Part shown: positions 52,609 to 63,237 of the stretch, in pieces
How the letters are laid out: every line of letters starts with the position of its first letter
Numbering within the stretch: position 1 is the first letter of the stretch
Origin: Longimicrobiales bacterium
Lineage (GTDB): Bacteria; Gemmatimonadota; Gemmatimonadetes; Longimicrobiales; Gaopeijiaceae
Direction: 5' to 3'
Assembly (NCBI GenBank): GCA_965218295.1
Contig: CBDCKN010000013.1
Span: 192,001-256,000 of the forward strand
DNA length: 64,000 bases
The notes under the pieces: model-generated
Database searches by the model: none
Seen by the model: the letters and a program-made list of their open reading frames with translations, nothing else
What the model was told of the DNA's origin: nothing
Position numbers and translations under genes: made by a program

Positions 52609-53986
52609 GAGGTTGGGTCAATAGGTGTGTAAACGTATTAGGCGGCGTTCTTCCGCTGTTGGTGTGAGACGGGCTTTCCGTCTTCGAACTTTCTTCCTTC
52701 AAATACGTCCTTGAGGAGGTGAGGAGCGTCGAGCCTTCGGAACCGCTTCTCAGCCACCAAGAGCAACTTCCAGATTAGCGCCGTAGCGCTCTCGACCCGC
52801 TTGAACCGCTTCGCTGCTGTCGTCCTGAGCCGTACCGCGGCGAACGGGCTCTCGACCACGTTCGTCGTGCGTAGATGCTTCCAGTGGTCCTCGGGGAAGT
52901 CGTAGAACGCTACCATCCGCTCCCAGTCGTCCTCGAGTACGTCCACTGCTTTCGGATACCACGGCCTATAGCGTCGGGCGAACACCTCGCGGGCCTTCAG
53001 GGCCTCGGCCCGGCTCGGTGCGTAGACCACGGCCCGGAGAAGATCCTTCGCCTCGCCCTGCTCCCGCTGAGGTAGTCGGTCCAGCACGTTCCTCATCTTG
53101 TGGTTCCAGCACCGTTGCTCACCCGCCTCAGGCCATACCTGCCGTACTGCGCCCCAGATCGCAGCGTTACCGTCCGCCATCAGAAGCCGGGGCGCCTCGA
53201 TGCCGCGTGCCTTCAGGTCCCGCAACACCTCGGACCAGGACTCGACCGACTCTCGGTAGCCCGCTCTCAGGGCCAACACCTCTTTCGTCCCGTCTCGCAT
53301 GGCACCCAGCACCACCAGCAGCGCCGCTTTGTCCCGCTCCAGCCCTGCCTTCACATAGATCCCGTCCGCCCACACGTAGACGACCTCACGACCCTCCAGG
53401 CGACGCTGGCTCCATTCCTCGAACTCCGCCGTCCATCCCGCCCGCAGCCGCCGAATCGAAGACTTCGACAGCGGTGCCCCCTCGCCCAGCAGGCCCCGCA
53501 TCGCCAACTCGAAGTCTCCCTCCGCCAGTCCGTGCAGATACAGCTCCGGAAGCAGAGCGCCCAGCTCCTTCGTCCGCCTCGCGAACAACGGCAGCACGCG
53601 GCTCTCGAACCGCTCCTCAAGGCCTCGAACTCGAGGGCGTCGGAGTGTGATCGTGCCCGAGCTCATCGCCAGCCGCCTCGGCTTGCCGTATCCGTTGCGG
53701 TAGCCCTCGGTCGCGTCCACCACCCTCCTGCGCTCTGACTTCTCTCGCCCTAGCAACTCCGTGACTTCCTCCTCCAAGATCTGTTGAATGAACTCCTGCG
53801 CCTTCTCCCGAACCACTTCTTCCAGAACTTCCCACACGGGCGTCCTGGACTCACCCTCGGGTCCCACCGTATTCTTCCTCACGAGGCGTCGTTCCTTTCC
53901 CCCGGGCTGTCACCCGGAGTTCGCTGGTTATTACTCAGCGGAAAGGTACGTCGCCTCTCTTTTTACACACCCTTTGATCCTAGCTC
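52609..53986 (-). mobile_element. IS256 family element, complete, 8-bp TSD GTGACCGA
   Basis: IRs GAGGTTGGGTCAATAGGTGTGTAA and GAGCTAGGATCAAAGGGTGTGTAA; TSD at 52601-52608 and 53987-53994. Confidence 0.94.
52638..53882 (-). CDS. IS256 transposase
   Basis: YRNGY, WADG, MADG, QRCWNHK, RTTNVVES. Confidence 0.94.
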   Translation of the reverse strand: MRKNTVGPEGESRTPVWEVLEEVVREKAQEFIQQILEEEVTELLGREKSERRRVVDATEGYRNGYGKPRRLAMSSGTITLRRPRVRGLEERFESRVLPLFARRTKELGALLPELYLHGLAEGDFELAMRGLLGEGAPLSKSSIRRLRAGWTAEFEEWSQRRLEGREVVYVWADGIYVKAGLERDKAALLVVLGAMRDGTKEVLALRAGYRESVESWSEVLRDLKARGIEAPRLLMADGNAAIWGAVRQVWPEAGEQRCWNHKMRNVLDRLPQREQGEAKDLLRAVVYAPSRAEALKAREVFARRYRPWYPKAVDVLEDDWERMVAFYDFPEDHWKHLRTTNVVESPFAAVRLRTTAAKRFKRVESATALIWKLLLVAEKRFRRLDAPHLLKDVFEGRKFEDGKPVSHQQRKNAA

Positions 53987-54199
53987 GTGACCGACGCCCT
54001 GACCAACAACGCCACCGGCGACGAGTTCATCGATCGCGCGCGGATGGCCTGCCAACGGACCCAATCACTGTCCAGCCGACCTCCACTCCGGCACCGCCGC
54101 GCAAGCCAGCCTGATCGTGCTCCGGTATCCCGTCGACCAGGCGCTCTCGATCGCCCCGGCGCTCGTGCGGGACCACGCTGACACCGTGTTCGCCTGCCG

Positions 54200-55041
54200 C
54201 GCCGCGCCCCAGATCGCCGCGTTGCCGTAGGCGACCAGGAGCCGGGGAGCCCCGATGCCCCTGGCCCTCAGGTCCCGCAACACCCCAGACCACGACTCCA
54301 CGGACTCTCGGTAGCCTGACACGAGCACCAGCACCTCCTTGCTCCCGTCCCGCATCGCCCCGATCACGACCAGCACGGCCGCTTTGTCCCGCTCGAGTCC
54401 CGCCCTTCACGTAGATCCCGTCCGCCCACATGTACACGACCTCGCGGTCCTCAAGCGGCCTCCTCGACCACTCTCCGAACTCCTCCGTCCAGCCCCTCTT
54501 CAGACGCCGAATCGAGGACTTCGACACCGGAGCCCCCTCGCCCAGCAGGCCCCTCATCGCAAGCTCGAAGTCCCCTTCCGCCAGACCGTGCAGGTACAGC
54601 TCCGGGAGCAGCGTGCCCACCTCTTTGGTCCTCCGCAAGAACAGCGGCAGCACCCGGCTCTCGAACCGCTCCTCGAGTCCCCGAACCCTCGGACGCCTCA
54701 CCGTGATCGTCCCCGAGCTCATCGCCATCCGCCGCGGCTTGCCGTATCCGTTGCGATAGCCATCCGGCGCATCCACAGCCCGCTTCCGCTCCGACTTCTC
54801 ACGGCCCAGAAGCTCTGTAACCTCCTCCTCCAAGATGCTCTGTATCAACGCCTGGGCCCGCTCCCGCACCCAAGCCTCGAGCACCTCCCATGTCGGCCCG
54901 GTGGACTCACTCCCCACTCCCGCCATATCATCTTTCATGAGGCGACGTTCCTTTCCCCGGGCTCCATCCCGGGATCCGCTGGTTACTGGTCAGCCGAAAG
55001 GTACGTCGCCTCTCTTTTTACACACCCTTTGATCCTAGCTC
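54200..55041 (-). mobile_element. IS256 partial diverged copy (IRL plus 5' part of the transposase, frameshifted)
   Basis: IRL identical to 53961-53986; ORFs 54027-54938 and 54065-54376. Confidence 0.88.
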
Positions 55042-55136
55042 TAGCTCGTTCCCCGCCTGCGATATTGCTGCCGCATGTCACCAATAGTTTGGGCGGGATG
55101 CCTGTGTAAGCAGGCCAACGGGATCCACTTCCTGCG

Positions 55137-55420
55137 TGTACAGGGATGGTAATCGCCTGACACTCGGATTTCGCCGGAGCTGCGTCTAGGCTGCCTCGTC
55201 TTGGGCTTCTCTTGTTGGCCGTCGCGGCCTTCCTGGCGGCCGGCAGACCGGCTTGGAAAGAAATCTGGTACGGCGTGTGGCCCTCCATGGCCTCGGATGC
55301 GGTGCGGCCGCCTCTGGTTGGTAAGTCTCGAGGTAGGCCTCCAGATCGGTCTGCATCTCCTCGACAGTCTCGTACCAGGTGGTCCGGCCTGCTCGTCGAG
55401 CAGCGTACGGGGCAACGGTG
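55137..55420 (-). mobile_element. IS481 right-end remnant
   Basis: TGTACAGGGATGGTAAT end; GRTTWYETVEEMQTDLEAYLETY, like the 63287-63500 region. Confidence 0.82.
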
Positions 55421-55660
55421 CGGGTGTGCGCTGGGGGGAGGTGTCGTCGAGCGGCGTCCGGCTGTCCTCTGCCACGGCGCGCGACCCGTGGCAGGGGCTT
55501 CAACTGGAGGCGTGAGCAGCTGACCCGGCACGGGCGAGGTTGGGGGGGACGTTGGAGGGGACTCGCTCCCAGGGTAGCTCCTGGCCTCGATATCCCTTGC
55601 GCGACCGATGCCGGAACCGGCGAGGGTTAGCACAGCGCATCGCCGGATCGGGCAGACCTC

Positions 55661-55720
55661 CTAGTCTCGAGTCTCGCCGACGAGGTAGTCCGCCCAGTCG
55701 CGAAAGCTCGACCGACGGCC
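55661..55720 (-). pseudogene. Integrase tail with internal deletion (RSSFR-DWADYLVGETRD*)
   Basis: Deletion between two GACTGGGC-like microhomologies; adjacent 55530-55663 is homologous to 4630-4766. Confidence 0.7.
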
Positions 55721-55788
55721 GTTCGGGGTCGGAGTCCCATGAACACGTCGTCTACGTTGAGCGCCACCCTGGTCCATCCTTCCGCGTA

Positions 55789-56850
55789 CTATGCGACATA
55801 GTCGCTCCATACCTGCATGACTTCGCACCGGCGCGCCAGCAGGTCCGATCTCATGTACGCGCCCTCGGTGCCGCGCACGACGTGAGCCAACACGGCTTCC
55901 GCCGTCTCGCGGTCCACGCCGGTTTCGGCCATCCAACTGCGAATCGACGTTCGGAAACCGTGCAGCGTCGTCCCGGTGACACCGGCCAGCTGGAGCACCC
56001 GGAAAGTGGATTTCGAGGACAGCGCGCGGCCGGCCCGCGTCGGGAAGACGAACGGCGAATCGCCGGCAAGCTCGCTGGCGCGCAGCAGCACGTCGAGCGC
56101 GCCGCTGGACAGCGGCACGCGATGCTCCCGACCGGCTTTCATTCTCGCCGGCGGGATCGTCCAAACCTTCGCCGCCGTGTCGATTTCGTCCCACGTCGCG
56201 GCGCGCGCTTCGCCGGAGCGCGCCGCCGTCAAGACGATCAGCTCGACGGCGAGCCGCGCGGATGCCGGGGCGTTGGCCGACCGAATCCGCCGGAGCGCGT
56301 CTGGAACCTCACCGTGCGGGAGCGCGCGATGGTGCGTCGTGCCGTTGCCGTTGACCTTCGGGAGCGCGGCCACTGCGCAGTCCACGGGATTCGTCGAGAT
56401 GTAGCCTTGTCCGACGCACCAGCGAAATGCCGCGCGGAGCCGGTTCCGGGCTTTCCGCGCGGCGGCTGGCTTCACGTTCCATACCGGCCGGAGACACGCC
56501 AGCACGTCGCCCGACGTGATCCGGTCCACCGGCTTGTCCCGGATCGGCGTGGCGTACAGCCTGAACGTCGAGTGCCATTCCCTGGGGAGCGGCGAGCCGG
56601 CTTTCCACGATTCGGCGTGTAGCCGGATCGTCTCTTCGGCGGCTTCGCGAAATCTCGGGACGCCGCCGCCGCGCGGGTCCACACCCTGGCCGATGGCCCG
56701 CGCGTTCTCAATGGCCTTGTGCCGGGCTTCCGCCAACGAGACTTCGGGAAACCGGCCGAGCCCGGTCGTCGTCAGCCGCCCCGCGACGCGCAACCGTTGC
56801 CTCCATGTGCGCGAGAGCCGGCCGCTCTTCATCCTGTGAACGCGCAAGCT
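55789..56850 (-). pseudogene. P4-like tyrosine integrase lacking its first about 30 codons
   Basis: LRVHRMKSGR, TAARSGE, HGFRTSIRSW, LAH, AYMRSD. Confidence 0.88.
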
Positions 56851-56987
56851 CAGGCCGCGTGAGCCGGCCGCCGCGCGCCTGCTCCGCTCACTCGGCGTGG
56901 GCGACGGCGGAGATCGCTCCTCCCTGCGAGGGCCGACCGACCGGGATCCGGCCGCGCTCGAACTCTGACCCCCCGGAGGATCCAGCG

Positions 56988-57303
56988 ATGCAGCCCTGGA
57001 GAATCAGCGTAGGCCTCAGCGCCGCACTTGTCGGCTCAGGCCTCCTCCTCGGCGGATCACGCCTCGAGTATCTCGCGCCGTTCTGGCCCGTGATCCTCGC
57101 CGAGCACGGCATCCCGATCGTCCTGCACTCGGCGCTGGTGCTCGGCGCCGTCGCGGCCGCCCTCTACGCCGTCGCTCGCGCCGCCGGGCTCGCCGACCTC
57201 GGCCGCCCGCGTCGATCTCCTCGAGCGCTCCGTACGGCGAGGCGAGGGCGATCCCGAACTCACCGACGCGCTACGCAGGGACGCCGAGGGCGAGTGGGAC
57301 TGA
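56988..57303 (+). pseudogene. Small membrane protein of a mobile element, frameshifted
   Basis: GGAGGA RBS; two hydrophobic helices; continues RVDLLERSVRRGEGDPEL in a shifted frame. Confidence 0.5.
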
Positions 57304-57352
57304 ACACTGAGATCGGGTCGGCCGCGAATCGTCGAGACCCGGAAATGCGCAC

Positions 57353-57940
57353 ATGATCGACCGAACATCTATCGAGATCCTGCCCGCGGACTGGCGCACG
57401 CGGGCCAAGACCCTGCGCCGCTACGGGGGCAAGACACCGGCCGTGGCGCTGGAGGCCTGCGCGGCGGAGCTCGAAACTGCCCTGCGCCAGAGAGACGACA
57501 CGATTCTGACGCTGACAGAGGCAGCTGTGGAGAAAGCTGCTCCTCTGCCGCTCACCTGGGACGCCTAGTGCGCGAGGGCAAGGTCCCAAACGCCGGAAGG
57601 CCCGGCACACCCAGGATTCGCTCGAGGGGACCTCCCCCATGAGGCCGGGGCGCTGGCCGAGTCTCGTCTGGCGGCGAAGCCTTCCCCTCCGCGAGGTTTC
57701 GACCGGGCAGATCGTGCAGTGCATCATCGAGGAAGTTATCGGATGATGGCACAAAACGCAGTCGCACGAGCTACAGCGCCGGCGAGCGGGGCCGGAATCG
57801 GGTGCTGGTCTTTCCAGACCCCAGGACCGGTCTCATCCAGATCGAGTGGCGGGAAGGCGGACGGAGGCTTACCAAGTCGCTCGGGCATCGCGACTGGGAC
57901 CGGGCCAAGAGGCAGGCGGACGCAGTCGCTGCCAGTGCGT
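57353..57940 (+). pseudogene. Excisionase-like HTH gene plus N-terminus of a different integrase, both decayed
   Basis: LTLTEAA..HLGRLVREGKVPNAGRPG; then SYSAGERGRNRVLVF..KSLGHRDWDRAKRQAD. Confidence 0.55.
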
Positions 57941-57959
57941 ACGCTCCTCGGCCTGCTGC

Positions 57960-58170
57960 CAGGCCACCCCTGCCCCTGCTCGTATCCTTCCGCCCACTTC
58001 GAGAGGCGCAGCTTGCTCTTGCTCAACTCCGCCGCTTTCCCGCTCTGCGCGTCGACCCGGTTCACGATCACGTGCACGTGCGCGGGTGTCCGCCCCGGTG
58101 CGCCACGATCAGCGCCTGGTGCTTCTGCAGCCCCAGCGCTTTCAGGCTCTCCGTCGCTTGCCCGGGCTCA
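57960..58170 (-). pseudogene. MOBP-type relaxase internal fragment
   Basis: LKALGLQKHQALIVAH..HVHVIVNRVD (HUH motif). Confidence 0.75.
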
Positions 58171-58307
58171 ACTCTGCCGCTCCGGCGCCTCATCCTTGGC
58201 CCAGTTACAGGCACATGGACGCCATATGGACGCCACAACAAAGAGCCTCGCCTTACACTACCATCGAATTAGCAGTTAAGTGCTTGTTATTTATGCACTT
58301 ACTGCAG

Positions 58308-58347
58308 TGCCCCGCCAGGGACTCGAACCCCGAACCTACTGATTAAG
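58308..58347 (-). other. 3' half of tRNA-Lys(CTT): att-site duplication
   Basis: CTTAATCAGTAGGTTCGGGGTTCGAGTCCCTGGCGGGGCA; no D arm or 5' acceptor strand upstream. Confidence 0.8.
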
Positions 58348-58803
58348 GTGCCGGAGCACGCCCATGAGGATCCCCGGATTGAGCTCCGGGCGCCTTCGGC
58401 GCCCTCCGCTCGTCTCGCGGAGGACATCCGGATCTATCGAGAGCACTGCCGACGCTCGGCTCAAACCTACGGTTCTATCGGGCGACTCCGTCGCCGACGC
58501 GTGGCCGCTTCGCGACCCCCTGAACCCCATTACACTCACCTTATACGCTAAATCACGGGAGATTCCTGGTTCTTTGCGGGTTTTGGAGAAAATTTCGAGG
58601 TTGGGTCAATAGGTGTGTAAACGTATCAGGCGGCATTCTTCCGCTGTTGGGTTGAGACGGGCTTTCCGTCTTCGAACTTCCTGCCTTCAAACACGTCCTT
58701 GAGGAGGTGAGGAGCGTCGAGCCTTCGGAACCCTCTCTGCCAACTTACGTGAGACACGGAGCAGCTAAGGAATTAGAGTAGGGCGAAGGCAGAGAAACCG
58801 AGG

Positions 58804-59253
58804 ATGCTGAGACACCGAGAGAGAATGAAAGAGAATGGAATAGCCCCACCAACCTGGGACGGTAAGCGAAGCGCGGCAGCTCCTGCGGACTCGGAGGTGG
58901 TAGATAGGCCGCTGCGCCGGCGGTTCGCTCCGTCGTACAAGCTGCGGATCGTCGAAGAAGCGGACCGGTGCACGGAGCCCGGAGAGGTTGGCCGACTCCT
59001 ACGGCGGGAGGGCTTGTACTCGTCGCACCTGACGACATGGCGCAAGGCGGCGCATAGCGGGTCCCTGAAAGCGCTGTCGAAGAAACGAGGCCGTAAGCGC
59101 GAGCGCAATCCGCTGGAGGAGAAGGTGCGCAAGCTGGAGCGCGAGAACACTCGCCTCGAGAAGGAGCTCCAGAAGGCGCACTTGATCATCGACGTCCAGG
59201 GAAAAGTTGCAGGGCTGCTGGGATTGAGCCTCGAGGACGGGACGAACTCATGA
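58804..59253 (+). CDS. IS3-like OrfA
   Basis: Protein identical to 50115-50564. Confidence 0.9.
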   Translation: MLRHRERMKENGIAPPTWDGKRSAAAPADSEVVDRPLRRRFAPSYKLRIVEEADRCTEPGEVGRLLRREGLYSSHLTTWRKAAHSGSLKALSKKRGRKRERNPLEEKVRKLERENTRLEKELQKAHLIIDVQGKVAGLLGLSLEDGTNS

Positions 59254-60257
59254 AGGCGACCCAGGAGCTAGCCAAGCACGTAGGGGTGAAGCCCGCGTGC
59301 GATGCGCTCAGGGTGCCGCGAGCCACGTTCTACCGTCGTCGGAGGCCATCGACCGGGCATCAGCAGCCCCGCCCGACCCCCGCCCGGGCCTTAAGCGAGA
59401 AGGAACGAGACAAGGTCTTCGACACGCTGTGTTCGGAGCGGTTCGTGGACCGGTCCCCAGCCGAGGTGGTGGCGACGCTGCTCGACGAGGACGTCTACCT
59501 GTGCAGCGAGCGTACGATGTATCGCGTTCTGGCTTCCCAGGTGCCGGTTCAGGAGCGTCGAGCGCAGCGGAGTCATCCCAAATACCAGAAACCCGAGTTG
59601 ATGGCGAGGGGCCCGAACCAGGTCTGGTCCTGGGATATCACCCGGCTGCTGGGGCCGAAGAAGTGGAGTTACTTCTACCTCTACGTGATCCTGGACATCT
59701 TCAGCCGCTACGTCGTGGGATGGATGGTGGCGGATCGGGAGAACTCTGCCCTGGCCAGCCGGCTGATCCAGCAGAGTTGCTTGAAGCATGGCGTCCAGCC
59801 CCACCTCCTGACCCTGCATTCCGATCGAGGGGCTCCGATGACGAGCCAATGCACGGCTCAACTACTCGCCGATCTCGGCGTGACCCGCTCGTTGGGCCGA
59901 CCCCAGGTCTCGGATGACAATCCGTTCTCCGAGGCTCAGTTCAAGACCTTGAAGTACCATCCCTCGTTTCCCGGCCGGTTCGGGGATCAGGGGCAAGCCA
60001 AGACCTTCTGTCGCTCGTTCTTCCGTTGGTATAATGCCGAGCACCGCCATGGCGGCATCTCGATGCTGACCCCCGAACAGGTCCACTTCGGTCACGCCGA
60101 TCGGATCATCGCCTGCAGGAAGGCCGTGCTCCGTGAGGCATGGGCCGCTCATCCCGAGCGCTTCGTCTCCGGTGAGCCGAAGCCTAAACCACTCCCGGAG
60201 GCCGTCTGGATCAATCCTCCCACCCCATCCCTCACTACACAGGAGATTGCTCTCTAA
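59250..60257 (+). CDS. IS3-like OrfB DDE transposase
   Basis: Near-identical to 49111-50118. Confidence 0.93.
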   Translation: MKATQELAKHVGVKPACDALRVPRATFYRRRRPSTGHQQPRPTPARALSEKERDKVFDTLCSERFVDRSPAEVVATLLDEDVYLCSERTMYRVLASQVPVQERRAQRSHPKYQKPELMARGPNQVWSWDITRLLGPKKWSYFYLYVILDIFSRYVVGWMVADRENSALASRLIQQSCLKHGVQPHLLTLHSDRGAPMTSQCTAQLLADLGVTRSLGRPQVSDDNPFSEAQFKTLKYHPSFPGRFGDQGQAKTFCRSFFRWYNAEHRHGGISMLTPEQVHFGHADRIIACRKAVLREAWAAHPERFVSGEPKPKPLPEAVWINPPTPSLTTQEIAL

Positions 60258-60822
60258 TTGATTTCCAAGAGTGTCTCACTGGCGTTGACAGGTTCCGGAA
60301 CCGCTTCTCGGCCACCAAGAGCAACTTCCAGATCAGCGCCGTAGCGCTCTCGACCCGCTTGAATCGCTTCGCCGCCGTCGTCCTGAGCCGTACCGCAGCG
60401 AACGGGCTCTCGACCACGTTCGTCGTGCGTAGATGCTTCCAGTGATCCTCGGGGAAGTCGTAGAACGCCGATGCCTAGCCGTGGTACACCTACTTAGCAG
60501 GTGGATGCCATGAAGAAGCGACGTTAAGCATAGGGTGCCGGAGTCTAGGGCGCTGGCCTTGCCGCCGAAGGGGCACCAGCCGAGCAAGGCCGAAAAGGAA
60601 GAGGAAGTGGATATGCCGAAGCTGACGAAGGCCCAGCTGCGGAAGACATTCTTCCGGCCTTTCCGGTTTGGGCGGCAAGGGGAGTGAGACGATTGGCCTG
60701 TGGGTAGGCTCCTGGCGTTAGTAGTGGTCCTCGTAGGGATCGCGATGGTATAATCCCCGATTCAAGCAGGGAGACTACGCATGCCGTGGCCCAGCACCAT
60801 TTCCCTCCTCTACCCGTTGGCA

Positions 60823-61230
60823 GACGGGCAAGAACCTCAACATCGCGCCGCCGGGCTGGGAGCAGACCTACGACCCCCTGGTCGAGGCCTGCAACCTCGA
60901 CAAGGGCTGGAGCCGCCCGGACGATCCGGCGCGCGCCCGGGATCAGCAGCCGGGGCACCGCGCCTACCTCGAGGCGGCGGAGCTGCGGGCGGGGATCGCG
61001 CATGAGGCCGATCCCCGGGACCAGATCCGGGACTACCTGCTGCGGGGCGTCGAGCGCGGCACGGTGCAGGACCGGGCCGGCGTTGTCGCCGCCCTGCAGG
61101 AGGCGGGCTTCGCCGTGCCGCGCCAGGGCAAGAACTACGTGACCGCCCACGACCCGGACAGTGGGAAGCGGTGGCGGCTGAAAGGAGCGCTGTACGAGCA
61201 TGACTTCCAACGCGAACGATTTGAGCGCCC
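60823..61230 (+). pseudogene. MbeA/MobA-like (ColE1-type, MOB-HEN) relaxase internal fragment
   Basis: TGKNLNIAPPGW..GWSRPDDPARAR..DRAGVVAALQEAGF..WRLKGALYEHDF. Confidence 0.75.
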
Positions 61231-61258
61231 GATGGCGCGCCTGGGGAATCCCAGTGCG

Positions 61259-61613
61259 ATGCGGGGCGGGCATGGTGGCCCTGCAAACCCTCCTCGCGCT
61301 CTACCGCTTTGGAGACAGCACGGCCCTGCTGCAGTTGGTGAATCCGCTGATGTGGATCGGGCTGGGTCTGTTCTTCGTCACGGGCTGGGTCATTGGCTGG
61401 GTGGTGGAACGCCTTCTCCGCGGCACGACCGGTCGGTTCCGCACGCTGCTGCTGGGTGCGACGTTCCTGGCCACCCCCGTGGCGGTCGCCGGGAGCCTCG
61501 TGGGGGGGCTATTCGGCCCTCCGGGGGTCCTGCTCTATGGCCTGATCCCGTATCTCCTCCTGGTGGGGATTCCCAGACTGATTGGGGTCGTGTGGACCCG
61601 GCATGGCTCCTGA
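61259..61613 (+). CDS. Hypothetical membrane protein (possibly 5'-truncated)
   Basis: Three to four hydrophobic segments, GC3-rich. Confidence 0.45.
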
Positions 61614-62093
61614 GCCTTCCGGAAGCAGAGTACGAACAACTCGAGGCGGTGTAGGACCTCCCACCAGTGGGACCGCGCAGCACGCCAGGCGCGTCAACGG
61701 CTCCGCTCCGGCCCTCCGGGTGACCCCCTGGCCCGCTCCGGCTCAGCGGCTCGGGTATGGGGTCGGCCAGGACTGCCCGCCCCCGGTCCACGTCCGTCCG
61801 GTCCAAGGAGCCGCCGCGGCACTCTCCACGTGCCCCGGAGTCTTTTCATGAACCGGATAATCCCCATATTTTGCCTACCCAAGTCGTCTTCCGTAACTCT
61901 CCGTAGTGGAGATTTCAGGCACAGTGCCTTCATCGTGGAAAGCACTTGAACCACTACTCGGACGAGTTTGCGTTCCGGTGGAACCCAAGGCATGATACCG
62001 ACGCCAAGCTGACTGAGGACGCCATCGAGGGGACGACGGAAAACGGCTGCTCTACCGTGGCTCACCGACGCTGATTACTAGGGTTTTGATATC

Positions 62094-62655
62094 ATGGCCG
62101 ACCACCGCATAACGCTCCGGCTCTCGAATGCGGAGTTAGAGGGTGCCCCCATCCGGCTCACAGACGTAGTAGGCGAGCTTGAGGCCATTGGGAAGGTGTT
62201 GCGGAGAACCCAGCGGTCGCTTTCCTCGATATCAGAGTCCTTGGACTGGAGGGTGGTTGAGATAAGCTACGACAGTCCCTTAACCGTCAGCATCGAGCCA
62301 GCAGCCGAACCGGGTTACGGGGCATTCGCCGTGAGGGTCGTGGCGCGATTCTTCGACCTTGCCGAACGCATTGAGACTGGCGATTACGAAGGCATAAATG
62401 GGGCCGTTCTCAGAGACTTCAGGGATCTCGCTACGCCAGTGGACGGAGGAAGGATCGATGTCGAGGTACTTAATGGCTCTAGGGACTTCCATATCCGACA
62501 AGGAACTCGGACACGCCATCCAGGCCGTGCTTGCCCCCGAAACGACAGCCCTTGGAAATATTAAGGGGCAACTGGAATACATAAACCTGCACGGCCAGAC
62601 GAACGTCTTCAGAGTCTATCCCTTCATTGGCCCCTCTTATGTGGAGTGCAGATTC
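62094..62655 (+). pseudogene. Hypothetical protein, frameshifted near 62495 and truncated by an IS
   Basis: ORFs 62094-62564 and 62398-62706 appear to be one gene (WRVVEISYDSP..GNIKGQLEYINLHG..VECRF). Confidence 0.6.
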
Positions 62656-63237
62656 CCCTCTCTGCCAACTTACGTGAGACACGGAGCAGCTAAGGAATTA
62701 GAGTAGGGCGAAGGCAGAGAAACCGAGGATGCTGAGACACCGAGCGGAGCCTGTCAACGCCAGTGAGACACTCTTGGGAATTAATTAGAGAGCAATCTCC
62801 TGTGTCGTGAGGGAGGGGGTTGGAGGATTGATCCAGACGGCCTCCGGGAGTGGTTTAGGCTTCGGCTCACCGGAGACGAAGCGCTCGGGATGAGCGGCCC
62901 ATGCCTCACGGAGCACGGCCTTCCTGCAGGCGATGATCCGATCGGCGTGACCGAAGTGGACCTGTTCGGGGGTCAGCATCGAGATGCCGCCATGGCGGTG
63001 CTCGGCATTATACCAACGGAAGAACGAGCGACAGAAGGTCTTGGCTTGCCCCTGATCCCCGAACCGGCCGGGAAACGAGGGATGGTACTTCAAGGTCTTG
63101 AACTGAGCCTCGGAGAACGGATTGTCATCCGAGACCTGGGGTCCGGCCCAACGAGCGGGTCACGCCGAGATCGGCGAGTAGTTGAGCCGTGCATTGGCTC
63201 GTCATCGGAGCCCCTCGATCGGAATGCAGGGTCAGGA
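62656..63237. mobile_element. Nested remnants of the second IS3-like element: left end (62656-62744, +) with an inverted right-end copy (62745-63237, -) inserted in it
   Basis: CCCTCTCTGCCAAC... then CGGAGCCTGTCAACG...; cut by IS481 at 63238. Confidence 0.88.

Larger units (their letters stand above)
58731..60297 (+). mobile_element. IS3-superfamily element (second type), complete, 3-bp TSD GAA
   Basis: Ends CCCTCTC-TGCCAAC ... GTTGACA-GGTTCCG; GAA at 58728-58730 and 60298-60300. Confidence 0.9.
58597..60469 (-). mobile_element. IS256 3' remnant interrupted by an IS3-like element
   Basis: IRR at 58597; coding sequence resumes at 60298. Confidence 0.88.

Noticed and set aside
58308..58400. 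Complete tRNA-Lys gene
   Set aside because: No D arm or complementary 5' acceptor strand; only the 3' half is present
58726..60302. 7-bp TSD CGGAACC for the IS3-like element
   Set aside because: It overlaps bases conserved at the ends of the other copies; a 3-bp TSD fits all copies better
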